A stretch of DNA of 30,648 bases from Cyanobacteria bacterium P01_D01_bin.156. GTDB taxonomy: Bacteria > Cyanobacteriota > Cyanobacteriia > Phormidesmidales > Phormidesmidaceae. The notes beneath the pieces were generated by a model that saw nothing but the letters and a program-made list of their open reading frames with translations, did not search any database and had not been told where the DNA came from. A program made the translations under genes and the position numbers. Position 1 is the stretch's first letter; every line of letters begins with the position of its first letter. The stretch spans positions 1 through 30,648 of the forward strand of contig JBCCQQ010000071.1 of NCBI GenBank assembly GCA_039024555.1. The letters run 5' to 3'. This document shows positions 19,481 through 29,942 of this stretch, piece by piece.

Positions 19481-20926
19481 ATGACCACTGTAGAAGATAG
19501 AAAAGGGCTCATCCAGGAGGTCCTGGACGCATATCCGGAGAAAGCCTACAAGAAACGCTCCAAGCACCTCAATGTTAAAGAAGAAGGCGCTTCCGACTGC
19601 GGCGTTAAGTCAAACAAGAAATCTGTTCCCGGCGTCATGACAACTCGTGGCTGTGCCTATGCAGGGGCCAAAGGGGTGGTCTGGGGACCGGTCAAAGACA
19701 TGATTCACGTCAGCCATGGCCCCGTGGGCTGCGGCTACTATTCCTGGTCAGGCCGTCGTAACTACTACGTGGGTACTACCGGTGTGGACACCTTTGGCAC
19801 CATGCAGTTTACCTCCGATTTCCAGGAACGCGATATCGTATTTGGCGGTGATAAAAAGCTCAACAAGCTCATCGACGAATTAGAAGTGCTTTTCCCTCTC
19901 AGTAAAGGCACCACCATTGAATCTGAATGTCCCGTTGGTCTCATTGGGGACGATATTGAAGCCGTTGCTAAAAAGCAGGCCAAAAAGACCGGTAAGCCTG
20001 TTGTTCCCGTCCGTTGTGAAGGATTTAGAGGGGTGTCTCAGTCCCTGGGACACCACATCGCTAACGACACCGTGCGAGACTGGGTACTACCCAAGGCCGA
20101 TGAGTATCGGCAACTGCCTGAAGGGTATGAGGTCGGTCCCTACGATGTAAATATCATCGGTGACTACAACATTGGTGGTGACGCCTGGCCTAGCCGCTTA
20201 CTGCTTGAGGCGATTGGCTTACGGGTGATCTGCCAGTTCTCTGGAGACGGCACCTTTAATGAAGTGGTAATGACGCCTCTGGCCAAAATGAACCTCATTC
20301 ACTGCTATCGGTCGATGAACTACATCTGCCGCTTTATGGAAGAGAAGTACGGCATTGGCTGGCTAGAATACAATTTCTTTGGCCCCACCCAGATTGCTAA
20401 GTCTCTGCGCAAGATTGCCGAACAGTTTGACGAGACGATTCAAGCCAAGGCCGAAGAGGTGATTGCCGCCAATCAGGCTCGGATGGATGCCATCATCGCC
20501 AAGTATCGTCCCCGGTTAGAAGGCAAGACTGTGATGATGATGGTCGGTGGTCTGCGCCCCCGTCACGTTATCCCTGCCTTTGAAGACTTGGGTATGAACG
20601 TAATTGGTACTGGCTATGAATTTGGTCACGGTGATGACTACAAGCGTACTGCCGACTATGTCAAAGAAGGCACCGTCATCTATGACGACGTCAGCGGCTA
20701 CGAGTTTGAAGAACTGGCCAAACAGCTAAATCCTGACCTGATCGCCGCCGGCATTAAAGAGAAGTACGTCTTCCAGAAGATGGCCTTGCCCTTCCGCCAG
20801 ATGCACTCCTGGGATTATTCGGGTCCCTATCACGGCTATGAAGGCTTTGAAGTCTTTGCCCGTGACATGGATTTGGCGATTAACAATCCTACCTGGGGCC
20901 TGGTCAAGACTCCATGGGCAGCGTAA
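19481..20926 (+). CDS. nifD: Nitrogenase MoFe protein alpha chain
   Basis: P-cluster cysteines (RGCAYAG, VGCGYY, ECPVG) and FeMo-co ligands ([14 protein letters not shown]). Uninterrupted. Confidence 0.99.
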   Translation: MTTVEDRKGLIQEVLDAYPEKAYKKRSKHLNVKEEGASDCGVKSNKKSVPGVMTTRGCAYAGAKGVVWGPVKDMIHVSHGPVGCGYYSWSGRRNYYVGTTGVDTFGTMQFTSDFQERDIVFGGDKKLNKLIDELEVLFPLSKGTTIESECPVGLIGDDIEAVAKKQAKKTGKPVVPVRCEGFRGVSQSLGHHIANDTVRDWVLPKADEYRQLPEGYEVGPYDVNIIGDYNIGGDAWPSRLLLEAIGLRVICQFSGDGTFNEVVMTPLAKMNLIHCYRSMNYICRFMEEKYGIGWLEYNFFGPTQIAKSLRKIAEQFDETIQAKAEEVIAANQARMDAIIAKYRPRLEGKTVMMMVGGLRPRHVIPAFEDLGMNVIGTGYEFGHGDDYKRTADYVKEGTVIYDDVSGYEFEELAKQLNPDLIAAGIKEKYVFQKMALPFRQMHSWDYSGPYHGYEGFEVFARDMDLAINNPTWGLVKTPWAA

Positions 20927-21035
20927 AGGAACAGAGGAGGACGGAGAGAGCAGGGGAGGTGAATCGCTGATCGCTTAGCCCACACTCTTAATCTCTTCGT
21001 TCCCCTCTAACTCCTTTACTTCCCCTGCTTTCTCC
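20925..21035 (+). other. Two alternative long helices in the nifD-nifK intergenic region
   Basis: 20943-20960 pairs with 21018-21035 (18 bp, two G-U). 20925-20948 pairs imperfectly with 20993-21017. Confidence 0.65.
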
Positions 21036-21101
21036 ATATTCAAGCCTTATCTCTTTTCAAGAATTCCCTTACTCCCCTCCCCCACAACAAAGGAGACCAC
21101 C

Positions 21102-22670
21102 ATGACTGAGAACACTAATCCTCAAGTACCGGAGAACGCTCCAGACCCTGGCAGAATTAAAGACCATTTCGAACTCTTCCAAGACGATACCTACCAGGAC
21201 CTGTTTGAGTATAAGCGCCAGTTTGAAGGTGCCCATAGTCCCGAGAAAGTCGCTGAGATGGCCGAGTGGACTAAGTCCTGGGACTATCGCGAAAAGAATT
21301 TTGAGCGTACGGCGCTTACCGTTAACCCAGCCAAAGCCTGTCAGCCTCTGGGGTCACTCTTCGTAGCCTCTGGTTTTGAAGGCACCTTACCCTATAGCCA
21401 CGGTTCCCAAGGTTGTGTGGCCTACTTCCGTACCCACCTCACTCGTAACTATAAAGAACCGTTTCAAGCTGTGTCGTCTTCGATGACGGAAGATGCGGCA
21501 GTCTTTGGGGGACTAAATAACCTCAAGCAGGGGCTGGAAAACTCCTACAAGCTGTACAATCCTAAAATGATTGCGCTGTGCACCACCTGCATGGCCGAGG
21601 TCATTGGAGACGACATTGGAGCCTTTATTCAAACAGCTAAAAACGAGGATCTGATTCCTCAAGACCTGCCAGTGCCATCAGCTCACACCCCCAGCTTTGT
21701 CGGTTCCCACATTACCGGCTATGACAATATGCTCAAGAGTATATTGGCGACATTGACCGCAGGGAAAAAGGCAGACGCTACCAACGGCAAGTTTAACTTT
21801 AACCTGGGCTTTGACCCCTACATCGGCAACCTGCGTGAATTGAAGCGAATTCTAGGACTGTTTGGTGTTGACTACACAATTTTGTCCGACAATTCCGACA
21901 CATTTGATTCCCCCAATACGGGCGAATTTAAGATGTATAACGGGCTAACTACCTTAGAAGACGCGGCTGATTCGATTAATGCTGAGGGTACTTTCTTCTT
22001 CCAGAAGTACACCACGCTCAAAACCCAAGAACTGGTTACCAAAGAATGGGAACAGAAGACTTACAACTTCCGCCCCTTTGGCATTAAGGGCACAGATGAG
22101 TTCTTGATGAATCTGTCTGCGATTACGGGCAAGCCCATTCCTCCAGAACTCCAGCAGGAGCGGGGCCGCGCCGTAGACGCGCTGACCGACTCTCAAGCCT
22201 GGATTCATGGTAAGCGTGTTGCCCTCTATGGTGACCCCGACCACGTATTTGGTATCACTCAGTTTCTGTTAGAAATGGGTGCGGAACCAGTGCATATCGT
22301 GGTTACTAACTCTAACAAGGAGTTTGAAGCGGAACTGCGTGAGGTGCTGACCAACAACCCCTACGGCCAAGAGGCGACTATTTGGGGCAAGAAGGACCTG
22401 TGGCACTTGCGATCGCTACTCTTTACTGAGCCCGTTGATCTGCTAATCGGCAACTCCTACGGTAAGTACCTGTGGCGCGATACCGGCACTCCCCTAGTGC
22501 GCATCGGCTATCCCATCTTTGATCGCCACCACATGCACCGCTATGCCACCCTGGGCTATCAGGGCGCGATCAACCAGTTCAACTGGATTATTAACACTAT
22601 CCTGGATGAGCTCGATCGTCAGACCATTGTCCCCGCGAAGACAGATATCTCCTTCGATCTGATTCGCTAA
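21102..22670 (+). CDS. nifK: Nitrogenase MoFe protein beta chain
   Basis: NPAKACQPLG, HGSQGCVAY, TTCMAEVIGDD, TPSF and C-terminal FDLIR. Confidence 0.99.
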   Translation: MTENTNPQVPENAPDPGRIKDHFELFQDDTYQDLFEYKRQFEGAHSPEKVAEMAEWTKSWDYREKNFERTALTVNPAKACQPLGSLFVASGFEGTLPYSHGSQGCVAYFRTHLTRNYKEPFQAVSSSMTEDAAVFGGLNNLKQGLENSYKLYNPKMIALCTTCMAEVIGDDIGAFIQTAKNEDLIPQDLPVPSAHTPSFVGSHITGYDNMLKSILATLTAGKKADATNGKFNFNLGFDPYIGNLRELKRILGLFGVDYTILSDNSDTFDSPNTGEFKMYNGLTTLEDAADSINAEGTFFFQKYTTLKTQELVTKEWEQKTYNFRPFGIKGTDEFLMNLSAITGKPIPPELQQERGRAVDALTDSQAWIHGKRVALYGDPDHVFGITQFLLEMGAEPVHIVVTNSNKEFEAELREVLTNNPYGQEATIWGKKDLWHLRSLLFTEPVDLLIGNSYGKYLWRDTGTPLVRIGYPIFDRHHMHRYATLGYQGAINQFNWIINTILDELDRQTIVPAKTDISFDLIR

Positions 22671-22677
22671 GGACAAA

Positions 22678-22737
22678 AGAGGGAGGGAGAAGCAAGAGGC
22701 TCACCACACGGCTGCTTTAATCTCTTCTTTTCCCTCT
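22678..22737 (+). other. Purine/pyrimidine stem-loop after nifK
   Basis: AGAGGGAGGGAGAAG pairs imperfectly with CTTCTTTTCCCTCT. Confidence 0.5.
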
Positions 22738-22777
22738 CTATCTTCCTCTTTCTACGTTTCTTCTCTTCTTCCTTACC

Positions 22778-23071
22778 ATGAAACTCAGCGAAGAAATCGA
22801 AATCGACTCTCCCCCCTTCTTCGACATGGGCGATCGCGTCCGCGTTCGTAAAGTTATTCGCAACGATGGCACCTTTCCTGGCAAAGACATCGGCTTTCAT
22901 CTCGCTAAAAAAGGAGATATTGGCTACATCGTTGGAATTGGCACCTATCTGCAGCGGGCTTACATCTATTCCGTGCATTTTCTAGAAACTAACTATGTCG
23001 TAGGCTGTCTCAAAAAAGAATTAGATCTTGCAGAAGATCGTCCACCTCTGATTGAACAACCCGACTGGTAA
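22778..23071 (+). CDS. nifZ: NifZ maturation protein
   Basis: IRNDGTFPG..IG, GDIGYI..IGTYLQ..YIYSVHF, VVGC..EL. Confidence 0.94.
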   Translation: MKLSEEIEIDSPPFFDMGDRVRVRKVIRNDGTFPGKDIGFHLAKKGDIGYIVGIGTYLQRAYIYSVHFLETNYVVGCLKKELDLAEDRPPLIEQPDW

Positions 23072-23076
23072 GACCC

Positions 23077-23397
23077 ATGGCTATCCTCACATCTCACCCC
23101 ACGACCGCCCCTGAAAATAAACCTCAAACCAAGCACCCTGCGTTACTACAGCCTATCCGCAACTGGCTCGACCATATTCAGGTGACAAACCGCCGCATGG
23201 CCCATCTAATTTGTCGAGTCATCCCCAGTCACTGCCCGTTTGAACGCGATCTTTCTATCTTGGGCGCTACCGTGCATATACCTGCCCTTTGCAGAATAAA
23301 CCCGGTTTACGATGAAATTGTCGACCTACGATTGCGGGCATTGACCTATCTCATCGATGTCTGTGGTGAAGATATCGCCAACTACGTCCGCCCATAG
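23077..23397 (+). CDS. 'Mo-dependent nitrogenase C-terminal domain' family protein
   Basis: LLQPIRNWLD, ICRVIPSHCPFER, IPALCRINPVYD, RALTYL..CGEDI. Confidence 0.85.
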   Translation: MAILTSHPTTAPENKPQTKHPALLQPIRNWLDHIQVTNRRMAHLICRVIPSHCPFERDLSILGATVHIPALCRINPVYDEIVDLRLRALTYLIDVCGEDIANYVRP

Positions 23398-23493
23398 GTT
23401 TCTTTCTCTTAGATGTACAGACGTTGCATACAACGTCTCTCCAGCAGCATTTTCGAACCTGATAGCATCCTCAATCCTTATCTCCTTATCGCC

Positions 23494-26289
23494 ATGAAAA
23501 TGACCTCTGGCAAAATTAATGAACTCCTGACCCAGCCCGGCTGTGAGCACAACCATAAGAAAGATGGCAAAGGTCAGAAAAAAGCCTGTCAGCAGCAGGC
23601 TCAGCCCGGCGCGGCCCAAGGAGGATGTGCCTTTGATGGAGCCAGCATTGCCCTAGTGCCCATTACCGACGTGGCGCATTTAGTTCATGGCCCCATTGCC
23701 TGTTCAGGCAATTCCTGGGGCAGTCGCGGTAGCCTCTCCTCTGGTCCCATGATTTATAAAATGGGATTCACCACCGACCTGAGTGAAAACGACATTATCT
23801 TTGGCGGTGAGAAGAAGCTTTACAGGGCGATTCACGATGTTAAAGAGCGCTACAGTCCAGCCGCCGTTTTTGTTTATCTCACCTGTGTGACGGCGCTGAT
23901 TGGAGACGATCTAGATGCGGTCTGTCAGGCGGCCAGTGAAAAATTTGATATCCCGGTAATACCGGTCAGCTCACCTGGGTTTGTCGGCAGTAAGAATTTA
24001 GGTAATCGGATTGGAGGAGAAGCTCTACTGGAGCATGTTGTTGGTACCCGAGAGCCAGACTATACCACCCCCTATGATATCAACCTCATCGGTGAGTACA
24101 ACATTGCGGGTGAAATGTGGGGTATGCTGCCGCTGCTAGAGACGCTAGGAATTCGGGTGCTGGCCAAAATCACAGGCGATGCCCGATATCACGATGTGGC
24201 CTGTGCCCATCGGGCCAAGCTCAACGTGATGATCTGTTCTAAAGCCTTGATCAATATGGCTCATAAGATGGAGGAGCGCTATGGGATTCCCTACATCGAA
24301 GAGTCGATCTATGGCATTGAAGACATGAATCGGTTGCTGCGAAATATTGCGGCCAAATTGGGAGACGCCGATCTGCAGGCTCGAGTTGAAGCTTTGATCA
24401 AGGAAGAAACTGCCAAACTAGATACCGCTCTCGCCCCCTATCGTCAGCGGCTTAAAGGCAAGCGAGTAGTTCTCTACACGGGCGGAGTTAAAAGCTGGTC
24501 GATTATCTCTGCCGCTAAAGATTTGGGCATCGATGTTGTTGCCACCAGCACCAAAAAGAGTACGGAGGAAGACAAAGCGCGGATTCAGAATCTGCTGGGT
24601 AAAGATGGCATCATGATGAAAAAAGGCAACGCCCAGGAACTCCTGAAAGTGATTGCTAAAACTAAGGCCGATATGCTGATCGCAGGCGGTCGCAACCAAT
24701 ACACGGCCCTAAAGGCCAGAGTTCCCTTTCTTGATATCAACCAGGAACGTCACCATCCCTATGCGGGCTACCTCGGTATGATCGAGATGGCAAAAGAACT
24801 GGATGAAGCCCTACACAGCCCGATTTGGGCGCAGGTTCGCCACGAGGCACCGTGGGACGGTATCGCCTGGAGTCAGGAGCATAGGGGAGACCAGGCTAAC
24901 GTTTCTAAGACTAAAGTTGTCTCTCGTAGAAAGCCTGTCGCGGTCAATCCTCTTAAACAAAGTCAACCCCTAGGGGCAGCGCTTGCCTATTTGGGAGTTA
25001 AGGGAATTATGCCCCTATTCCACGGCTCCCAGGGCTGTACTGCCTTCGCTAAGGTGATGCTGGTGCGACATTTTCGAGAGGCGGTGCCGTTAGCTACCAC
25101 CGCCATGACAGAAGTCACCACTATTTTGGGTGGAGAAGACAACGTCGAGAAGGCGATGGTGACGCTATTGGAAAAATCAAATCCCCAAATTATCGGTCTA
25201 TGTACAACCGGGCTAACCGAGACTCGGGGTGATGATATGCAAGGGATCTTAAAAGATCTGCGACAGCGTAACCCGCAGCTAGCATCATTGCCGGTTGCCT
25301 TTGCCTCTACACCAGACTTTAAAGGAGCGTTGCAAGATGGCTATGCTGCTGCCGTAGAAGCGCTGGTACGAGACATTCCTGATAACGGCTGGGATGGCGT
25401 GCAGCAGCAGGACAGCTCGTTCTACACCTATGCTATGCCGGGTATGCCGTCCCAGGTGACCGTTTTAGCTGGTCCTTCTCTTGCACCGGGCGATGTGCAA
25501 GCAATTAAGGAGATGGTTAAGGCCTTTGGTTTGAACCCAGTTATGGTACCCGATCTGTCCACTTCGTTAGATGGACAATTAGCAAAAAGCTACACCGGTC
25601 TCACTAACGGAGGGACGACTCTTAGCCAGCTTAAATCATTGGGGTATTCATCGTTTACCCTGGCTATCGGGCATACCATGAAACTGGCGGCCGAGATTTT
25701 GCAACAGCGATTTGGTACCGAGTATAGGCTATTTAATAGTCTTACCGGTCTTGGTGCCGTAGATGATTTTCTATACGCGCTTTCAGAGTTTAGCGGACGG
25801 CCTGTACCGGAACAGTTCCGTCATCAGCGCCGCCAGCTGCAGGATGCGATTCTAGATACTCACTTTTTCTTTGGTCGTAAACGGGTGGCGCTGGCGCTAG
25901 AACCGGACTTGCTCTATATCGTTGCCTGGTGGCTAAAAAACACGGGGGCTGAAGTTCATGCGGCAGTCACGACTACAAAATCCAAACTGCTTAAGAATCT
26001 GCCTGTTGATACGGTGACCATTGGCGATCTAGAAGACTTTGAAGAACTGGCCCAGGGCGCAGATCTGTTAATTTCTAACTCGAACGCCAAGACGATTGCC
26101 AAACATCTTGACATTCCCCTCTATCGCCTTGGCTTTCCGGTGTTTGACCGTTTGGGTAACGGTCAGCGCTGTACGGTAGGCTACAGCGGCACGACTCAGC
26201 TGTTATTTGAGATTGGCAACATTTTTATGGAGGCCGACGAAGCCAGTGCCCACGCCCAGGTGCATAGCTGGCGAGCAGGTGACCTGTAG
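23494..26289 (+). CDS. nifEN: Fused NifE-NifN FeMo-cofactor scaffold (931 aa)
   Basis: The NifE part ([32 protein letters not shown]) continues in frame into NifN ([30 protein letters not shown]). Start placed at ATG 23494 ([12 protein letters not shown]). Confidence 0.95.
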   Translation: MKMTSGKINELLTQPGCEHNHKKDGKGQKKACQQQAQPGAAQGGCAFDGASIALVPITDVAHLVHGPIACSGNSWGSRGSLSSGPMIYKMGFTTDLSENDIIFGGEKKLYRAIHDVKERYSPAAVFVYLTCVTALIGDDLDAVCQAASEKFDIPVIPVSSPGFVGSKNLGNRIGGEALLEHVVGTREPDYTTPYDINLIGEYNIAGEMWGMLPLLETLGIRVLAKITGDARYHDVACAHRAKLNVMICSKALINMAHKMEERYGIPYIEESIYGIEDMNRLLRNIAAKLGDADLQARVEALIKEETAKLDTALAPYRQRLKGKRVVLYTGGVKSWSIISAAKDLGIDVVATSTKKSTEEDKARIQNLLGKDGIMMKKGNAQELLKVIAKTKADMLIAGGRNQYTALKARVPFLDINQERHHPYAGYLGMIEMAKELDEALHSPIWAQVRHEAPWDGIAWSQEHRGDQANVSKTKVVSRRKPVAVNPLKQSQPLGAALAYLGVKGIMPLFHGSQGCTAFAKVMLVRHFREAVPLATTAMTEVTTILGGEDNVEKAMVTLLEKSNPQIIGLCTTGLTETRGDDMQGILKDLRQRNPQLASLPVAFASTPDFKGALQDGYAAAVEALVRDIPDNGWDGVQQQDSSFYTYAMPGMPSQVTVLAGPSLAPGDVQAIKEMVKAFGLNPVMVPDLSTSLDGQLAKSYTGLTNGGTTLSQLKSLGYSSFTLAIGHTMKLAAEILQQRFGTEYRLFNSLTGLGAVDDFLYALSEFSGRPVPEQFRHQRRQLQDAILDTHFFFGRKRVALALEPDLLYIVAWWLKNTGAEVHAAVTTTKSKLLKNLPVDTVTIGDLEDFEELAQGADLLISNSNAKTIAKHLDIPLYRLGFPVFDRLGNGQRCTVGYSGTTQLLFEIGNIFMEADEASAHAQVHSWRAGDL

Positions 26290-26319
26290 AGAGGTATTTA
26301 TGTAAACGGAGGTTGAACC

Positions 26320-26748
26320 ATGAGAATTGCCTTTGCTACCCAAGATTCTGTCCACATCAACGCTCACTTTGGCTGGGCCAGACAAATCGATGTTTACGAG
26401 GTTGATACGACAGGCTACACCTTTTTAGAAGTATTGAAATTTGGAGGCGATCTGAAAGAAGACGGTAATGAAGACAAGCTCGAACCCAAGGTCAAGGCGC
26501 TGCAAAACTGCACAATTGTCTATGTTTCTGCCATTGGCGGGAGTGCTGCCGCCCGTCTGATTCGTCAGAATGTTACGCCGATTAAGGCAGACTCTGGAGC
26601 TGACGAAATTCAGACTGTGCTCACGCGTCTGGTGCAGTCTCTTAAAGGCAGCCCCCCTCCATGGCTGCGTAAGGCTTTGATGCAAAGCCAGTCTGCTCAA
26701 CTGTTTGAAGATGACTTTGAAACCATTGAAGAGGAAGTAATTGTATGA
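26320..26748 (+). CDS. nifX: NifX
   Basis: MRIAFAT..HINAHFGWA, EDGNEDKL, AIGGSAAA, PPPWLRKAL; GGAGG RBS. Confidence 0.96.
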   Translation: MRIAFATQDSVHINAHFGWARQIDVYEVDTTGYTFLEVLKFGGDLKEDGNEDKLEPKVKALQNCTIVYVSAIGGSAAARLIRQNVTPIKADSGADEIQTVLTRLVQSLKGSPPPWLRKALMQSQSAQLFEDDFETIEEEVIV

Positions 26749-27233
26749 GTCCTGTTGCTACTGAAACAAAAACTGCTGAACTCCGTAATGCACTGGTGGT
26801 TGATAGTGCCCCATTTCTCAAGGCCATTGTCCAGCAGATTCGAGCCAATGATGCCTATGGCACCTACCGAAACTGGGCCGATGAGATTTTGCTAAAGCCC
26901 TACATTATTTCTAAGAAAAAGCGTCGGGAGATTCCGGTTGAAGGAGAAGTTGATCCGATTACGATGGGGCGGATATTAGCATTTTATCGTGCGATCGCAG
27001 CCCGCATCGAAGAAGAAACCGGTCAGCTCTCCCAGGTTGTTGTTGATCTGAGCCATGAAGGCTTTGGCTGGGCGCTGATCTTTTCCGGTCGTCTGATCCT
27101 GGTATCCAAAACCCTCCGAGATGCCCAGCGCTTTGGTTTTGATTCCCTCGAAAAACTCAACGCCGATGGAGAAAAGCTGGTGCAAAAAGGAATTGATCTA
27201 GCACAGCGTTTTCCTGAGGTTTGTAACCTTTAG
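26745..27233 (+). CDS. NifX-associated protein (DUF269)
   Basis: QIRANDAYG, DLSHEGFGWAL, LRDAQRFGF; ATGA overlap with nifX. Confidence 0.9.
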   Translation: MSPVATETKTAELRNALVVDSAPFLKAIVQQIRANDAYGTYRNWADEILLKPYIISKKKRREIPVEGEVDPITMGRILAFYRAIAARIEEETGQLSQVVVDLSHEGFGWALIFSGRLILVSKTLRDAQRFGFDSLEKLNADGEKLVQKGIDLAQRFPEVCNL

Positions 27234-27274
27234 CGCAGGGTCCAGACCATTGTTTATTACTCTCCATTAACCTT

Positions 27275-27496
27275 ATGGCACCCACCACAGCACCCACTAC
27301 CCTCGACGACCTCAAAAAACAAGTCAGAAAACTCAATAGCAAAGCTGGTCAAATGAAAATGGACCTGCATGACATTGCTGAAGGTTTACCCACTGATTTA
27401 GAGCAACTCCCCACCGCCGCCGCTCGCACCTATGAAATCTACTGCCAGCTGCGAGAGCTTAAACAACAACTTCAAACCCTGGAAGCCAACCAATGA
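27275..27496 (+). CDS. DUF683 / CCE_0567-family nif-associated protein
   Basis: LKKQVRKLNSKAGQMKMDLHDIAEGLP. Confidence 0.88.
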   Translation: MAPTTAPTTLDDLKKQVRKLNSKAGQMKMDLHDIAEGLPTDLEQLPTAAARTYEIYCQLRELKQQLQTLEANQ

Positions 27497-27810
27497 CCAC
27501 ATTACCCCGTACCCTAGCCCAGTTTAACCAGCTCAAAGATGCTGAAGATTACTTCCAGTTCTTTGGACTGAACTATGATCCCCAAGTTGTTAACGTCAAC
27601 CGCCTCCACATTTTACGAAAGTTTTCCCAGCTTGTTCAAGACCAGGACAAATCTCAGTCTGAAGAACAGAAGCTAAATGCCTACCGCCAGGCTCTACAAA
27701 CGTCCTATGACCTGTTTTTGACGTCGTCTTCAGTGGAACAAAAGCTGTTCAAAGTGTTTAAAGACAGACCCAAAAATGTGGTGATGCTTTCAGATATCGC
27801 TGTGGAATAA
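27493..27810 (+). CDS. nifW: Nitrogenase-stabilising protein NifW
   Basis: DAEDYFQFF..YDPQVVNVNRLHIL and KLFKVF. Confidence 0.95.
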   Translation: MTTLPRTLAQFNQLKDAEDYFQFFGLNYDPQVVNVNRLHILRKFSQLVQDQDKSQSEEQKLNAYRQALQTSYDLFLTSSSVEQKLFKVFKDRPKNVVMLSDIAVE

Positions 27811-27841
27811 CCTCGGACGCCCCCTCTACCCTATCCCCACC

Positions 27842-28648
27842 ATGCTGCCATCCTTGACCCCCACTGAAGTTGAACGCTACCGCCGTCAGATGATGCTGCC
27901 AGGGCTGGGTGAAACTGGACAGCGTCAGCTTAAAAACACCACAGCATTGGTCACAGGTGTGGGTGGATTAGGCGGAACAGCGGCCCTATATCTGGCTGTA
28001 GCCGGAGTTGGTAAGCTGATTCTGGTACGCGGCGGTAATTTACAGCGAGACGACCTCAATCGGCAAATTCTCATGACCGATGACTGGGTCGGTAATCCCC
28101 GAGTCTTTAAAGCTCAAGAAACTTTGAGCAAGCTCAATCCGGACATCGACATTGAGGCCGTATGCGAATACGTTAGTCCCGACAATATTGACACTCTTGT
28201 GCAGCAGGTAGATATTGCCCTGGACTGTGCCTTCGACTTTAAAGAGCGAGACTTGCTCAACGCGGCCTGTGTACGCTGGGGCAAACCGATGGTAGAAGCT
28301 GCCATGAACAGTATGGAGGCCTACCTCACTACCATTGTTCCTGGAAAAACTCCCTGTCTGACTTGTCTATTTCCTGAAAAGCCAGACTGGGATCGCTGGG
28401 GGTTTGGGGTTCTCGGTGCTGTATCTGGTACTCTGGCCTGCCTGGCGGCGCTAGAAGCTATCAAGCTTATCACCGGGTTGGGTACTCCCCTGTTGGGACA
28501 GCTGTTGACCATGGATTTGGCCCATGCCGAATTTGCTAAACGGCGCCCCTATCATGACCCTAACTGTTCTGTATGTGGCGCTGCAGACAGTCAAATATCT
28601 CAGCTGTCTGATTCTCTAGCAAATATTGCCCCGGTGTCTCTTCGTTAA
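27842..28648 (+). CDS. hesA: HesA (ThiF/MoeB family)
   Basis: ERYRRQ, GVGGLG, DLNRQ and two CxxC motifs (CLTC, CSVC); follows nifW. Confidence 0.93.
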   Translation: MLPSLTPTEVERYRRQMMLPGLGETGQRQLKNTTALVTGVGGLGGTAALYLAVAGVGKLILVRGGNLQRDDLNRQILMTDDWVGNPRVFKAQETLSKLNPDIDIEAVCEYVSPDNIDTLVQQVDIALDCAFDFKERDLLNAACVRWGKPMVEAAMNSMEAYLTTIVPGKTPCLTCLFPEKPDWDRWGFGVLGAVSGTLACLAALEAIKLITGLGTPLLGQLLTMDLAHAEFAKRRPYHDPNCSVCGAADSQISQLSDSLANIAPVSLR

Positions 28649-28663
28649 ATTCTTCCCTGAACC

Positions 28664-28882
28664 ATGTCTTTGACTGCCTTGCTTTTTCTTGGGCTTGTGC
28701 TCACCTTCTGGCGGCTCACCCAAATCTACTCCGATGAAGTTATGCGCTTTTTGAGTAGTCTCGCCGCTGTTACCTGTCTCATCATCGGCTTAGCGACTGC
28801 CCCCATTCTTTTAAAGAGTTTGATTCTTCTATTTCTGTTGCTAACGCCCCCAGTGCTGTTTCAAAATCGAAATTTTAGCTAA
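28664..28882 (+). CDS. Small hydrophobic hypothetical membrane protein (72 aa)
   Basis: Fills the hesA-hesB gap on the operon strand (15 and 26 nt spacers); 2-3 hydrophobic segments. Confidence 0.65.
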   Translation: MSLTALLFLGLVLTFWRLTQIYSDEVMRFLSSLAAVTCLIIGLATAPILLKSLILLFLLLTPPVLFQNRNFS

Positions 28883-28908
28883 GTCTGTCCACCTACTACC
28901 CACCTATC

Positions 28909-29277
28909 ATGACTGTTACCCTCACCGAACTTGCTGAACTCCGTCTGCGTACGTTTGTGCGCGGTACCCCCAACTACACACCTACTCGCGGGGTACGCCT
29001 GGCCGTTAAAGATGGCGGCTGCAACGGCTACGAATATGACATTAAAGTTGTCAATGCCCCTAGCCCCGATGATGAGATTACAGAAGCCGGTAGTCTCAAG
29101 GTGTTTGTCGATTCTCAAAGTGCCCCTCTACTGGACGGCGTCGTTGTGGACTATATCGATAGCTTGTTGGAAAGCGGCTTTAAGTTTACCAACCCTAACG
29201 CTACTGATACCTGTGGCTGTGGCAAGTCTTTCCAGGCAGCAGGAGACTGTAGCCCTGCGGGTGTTCCTTGCTCGTAA
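28909..29277 (+). CDS. hesB: HesB / IscA-type Fe-S carrier
   Basis: GGCNGYEY, GFKFTNPNA, CGCGKSF. Confidence 0.94.
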   Translation: MTVTLTELAELRLRTFVRGTPNYTPTRGVRLAVKDGGCNGYEYDIKVVNAPSPDDEITEAGSLKVFVDSQSAPLLDGVVVDYIDSLLESGFKFTNPNATDTCGCGKSFQAAGDCSPAGVPCS

Positions 29278-29331
29278 GCGTTGCAGCCTTTTCCCCTTAA
29301 CAATCATTTGAACTCAAAAGGAGAATCCGTC

Positions 29332-29631
29332 ATGACTACTTACCAGGTCCGTCTAATTAACAAAAAGCGTAAGATCGATGTCACTATTCCCGTCGATGAT
29401 GATGAGTATATTATTGACGCAGCTGAAGAGAATGACATTGAGCTACCCTTTTCCTGTCGTTCTGGTGCCTGTTCTAGCTGTGTTGGCAAGCTGGTTGAAG
29501 GGGAAATTGATCAAGAAGATCAGTCTTTTTTGGAAGATGAGCAAATCGCTAAGGGTTTTGTGGTGTTGTGCTCTACCTATCCGCGTTCGGACTGTACGAT
29601 AAAAACCCATATGGAAGCGTATTTGGTCTAA
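29332..29631 (+). CDS. fdxH: [2Fe-2S] ferredoxin FdxH
   Basis: [22 protein letters not shown] and a later cysteine; AAGGAG before ATG 29332; follows hesB. Confidence 0.9.
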   Translation: MTTYQVRLINKKRKIDVTIPVDDDEYIIDAAEENDIELPFSCRSGACSSCVGKLVEGEIDQEDQSFLEDEQIAKGFVVLCSTYPRSDCTIKTHMEAYLV

Positions 29632-29690
29632 ATCAACTGATGAATTTCATTTAGCTATTGAGTCAGCGTTTATCAGGTTAGAGATTGTTT

Positions 29691-29942
29691 ATGTTTGACT
29701 GTTTTACAGTATCTGGCTCTTCACTCAAGCTATTGAAGGTCGGTGAACGGGGGGTGATTGCTAGAATTAGGGAAACTAATTCAACAGTTGCTGATCAATT
29801 GAAAAGACTGGGCCTATCCCCTGGAACAACCATTACCTTAGAGCAACGATGCCCTCGGTTTGTCGTGCGCACACATCAAGGTCCACTGGCCTTAAACCAG
29901 TCAATGATCCAATCGATCTATGTACGTATAGGAGGTTTTTAG
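29691..29942 (+). CDS. feoA: FeoA-domain protein
   Basis: LKLLKVGERGVI, LKRLGLSPG..I, LAL...IYV. Confidence 0.82.
   Translation: MFDCFTVSGSSLKLLKVGERGVIARIRETNSTVADQLKRLGLSPGTTITLEQRCPRFVVRTHQGPLALNQSMIQSIYVRIGGF

Noticed and set aside
19481..22670. Alternative (V or Fe-only) nitrogenase
   Set aside because: There is no vnfG/anfG between D and K, and the cofactor-ligand motifs are the Mo type.
23413..23493. 27-residue N-terminal extension of NifEN in the ORF track
   Set aside because: Similarity to NifE begins at the ATG at 23494, so the upstream in-frame ATG is probably incidental.
29281..29331. Extended starts for fdxH (and likewise dps at 11566, nafY-like at 5892, cnfR at 7500)
   Set aside because: Downstream ATGs fit the family N-termini better, and most have a Shine-Dalgarno sequence.
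29788..29797. GTTGCTGATC inside feoA (and similar short matches in nifU and DUF683) as extra repeat copies
   Set aside because: These are short in-frame matches with no partner arm or interior similarity.
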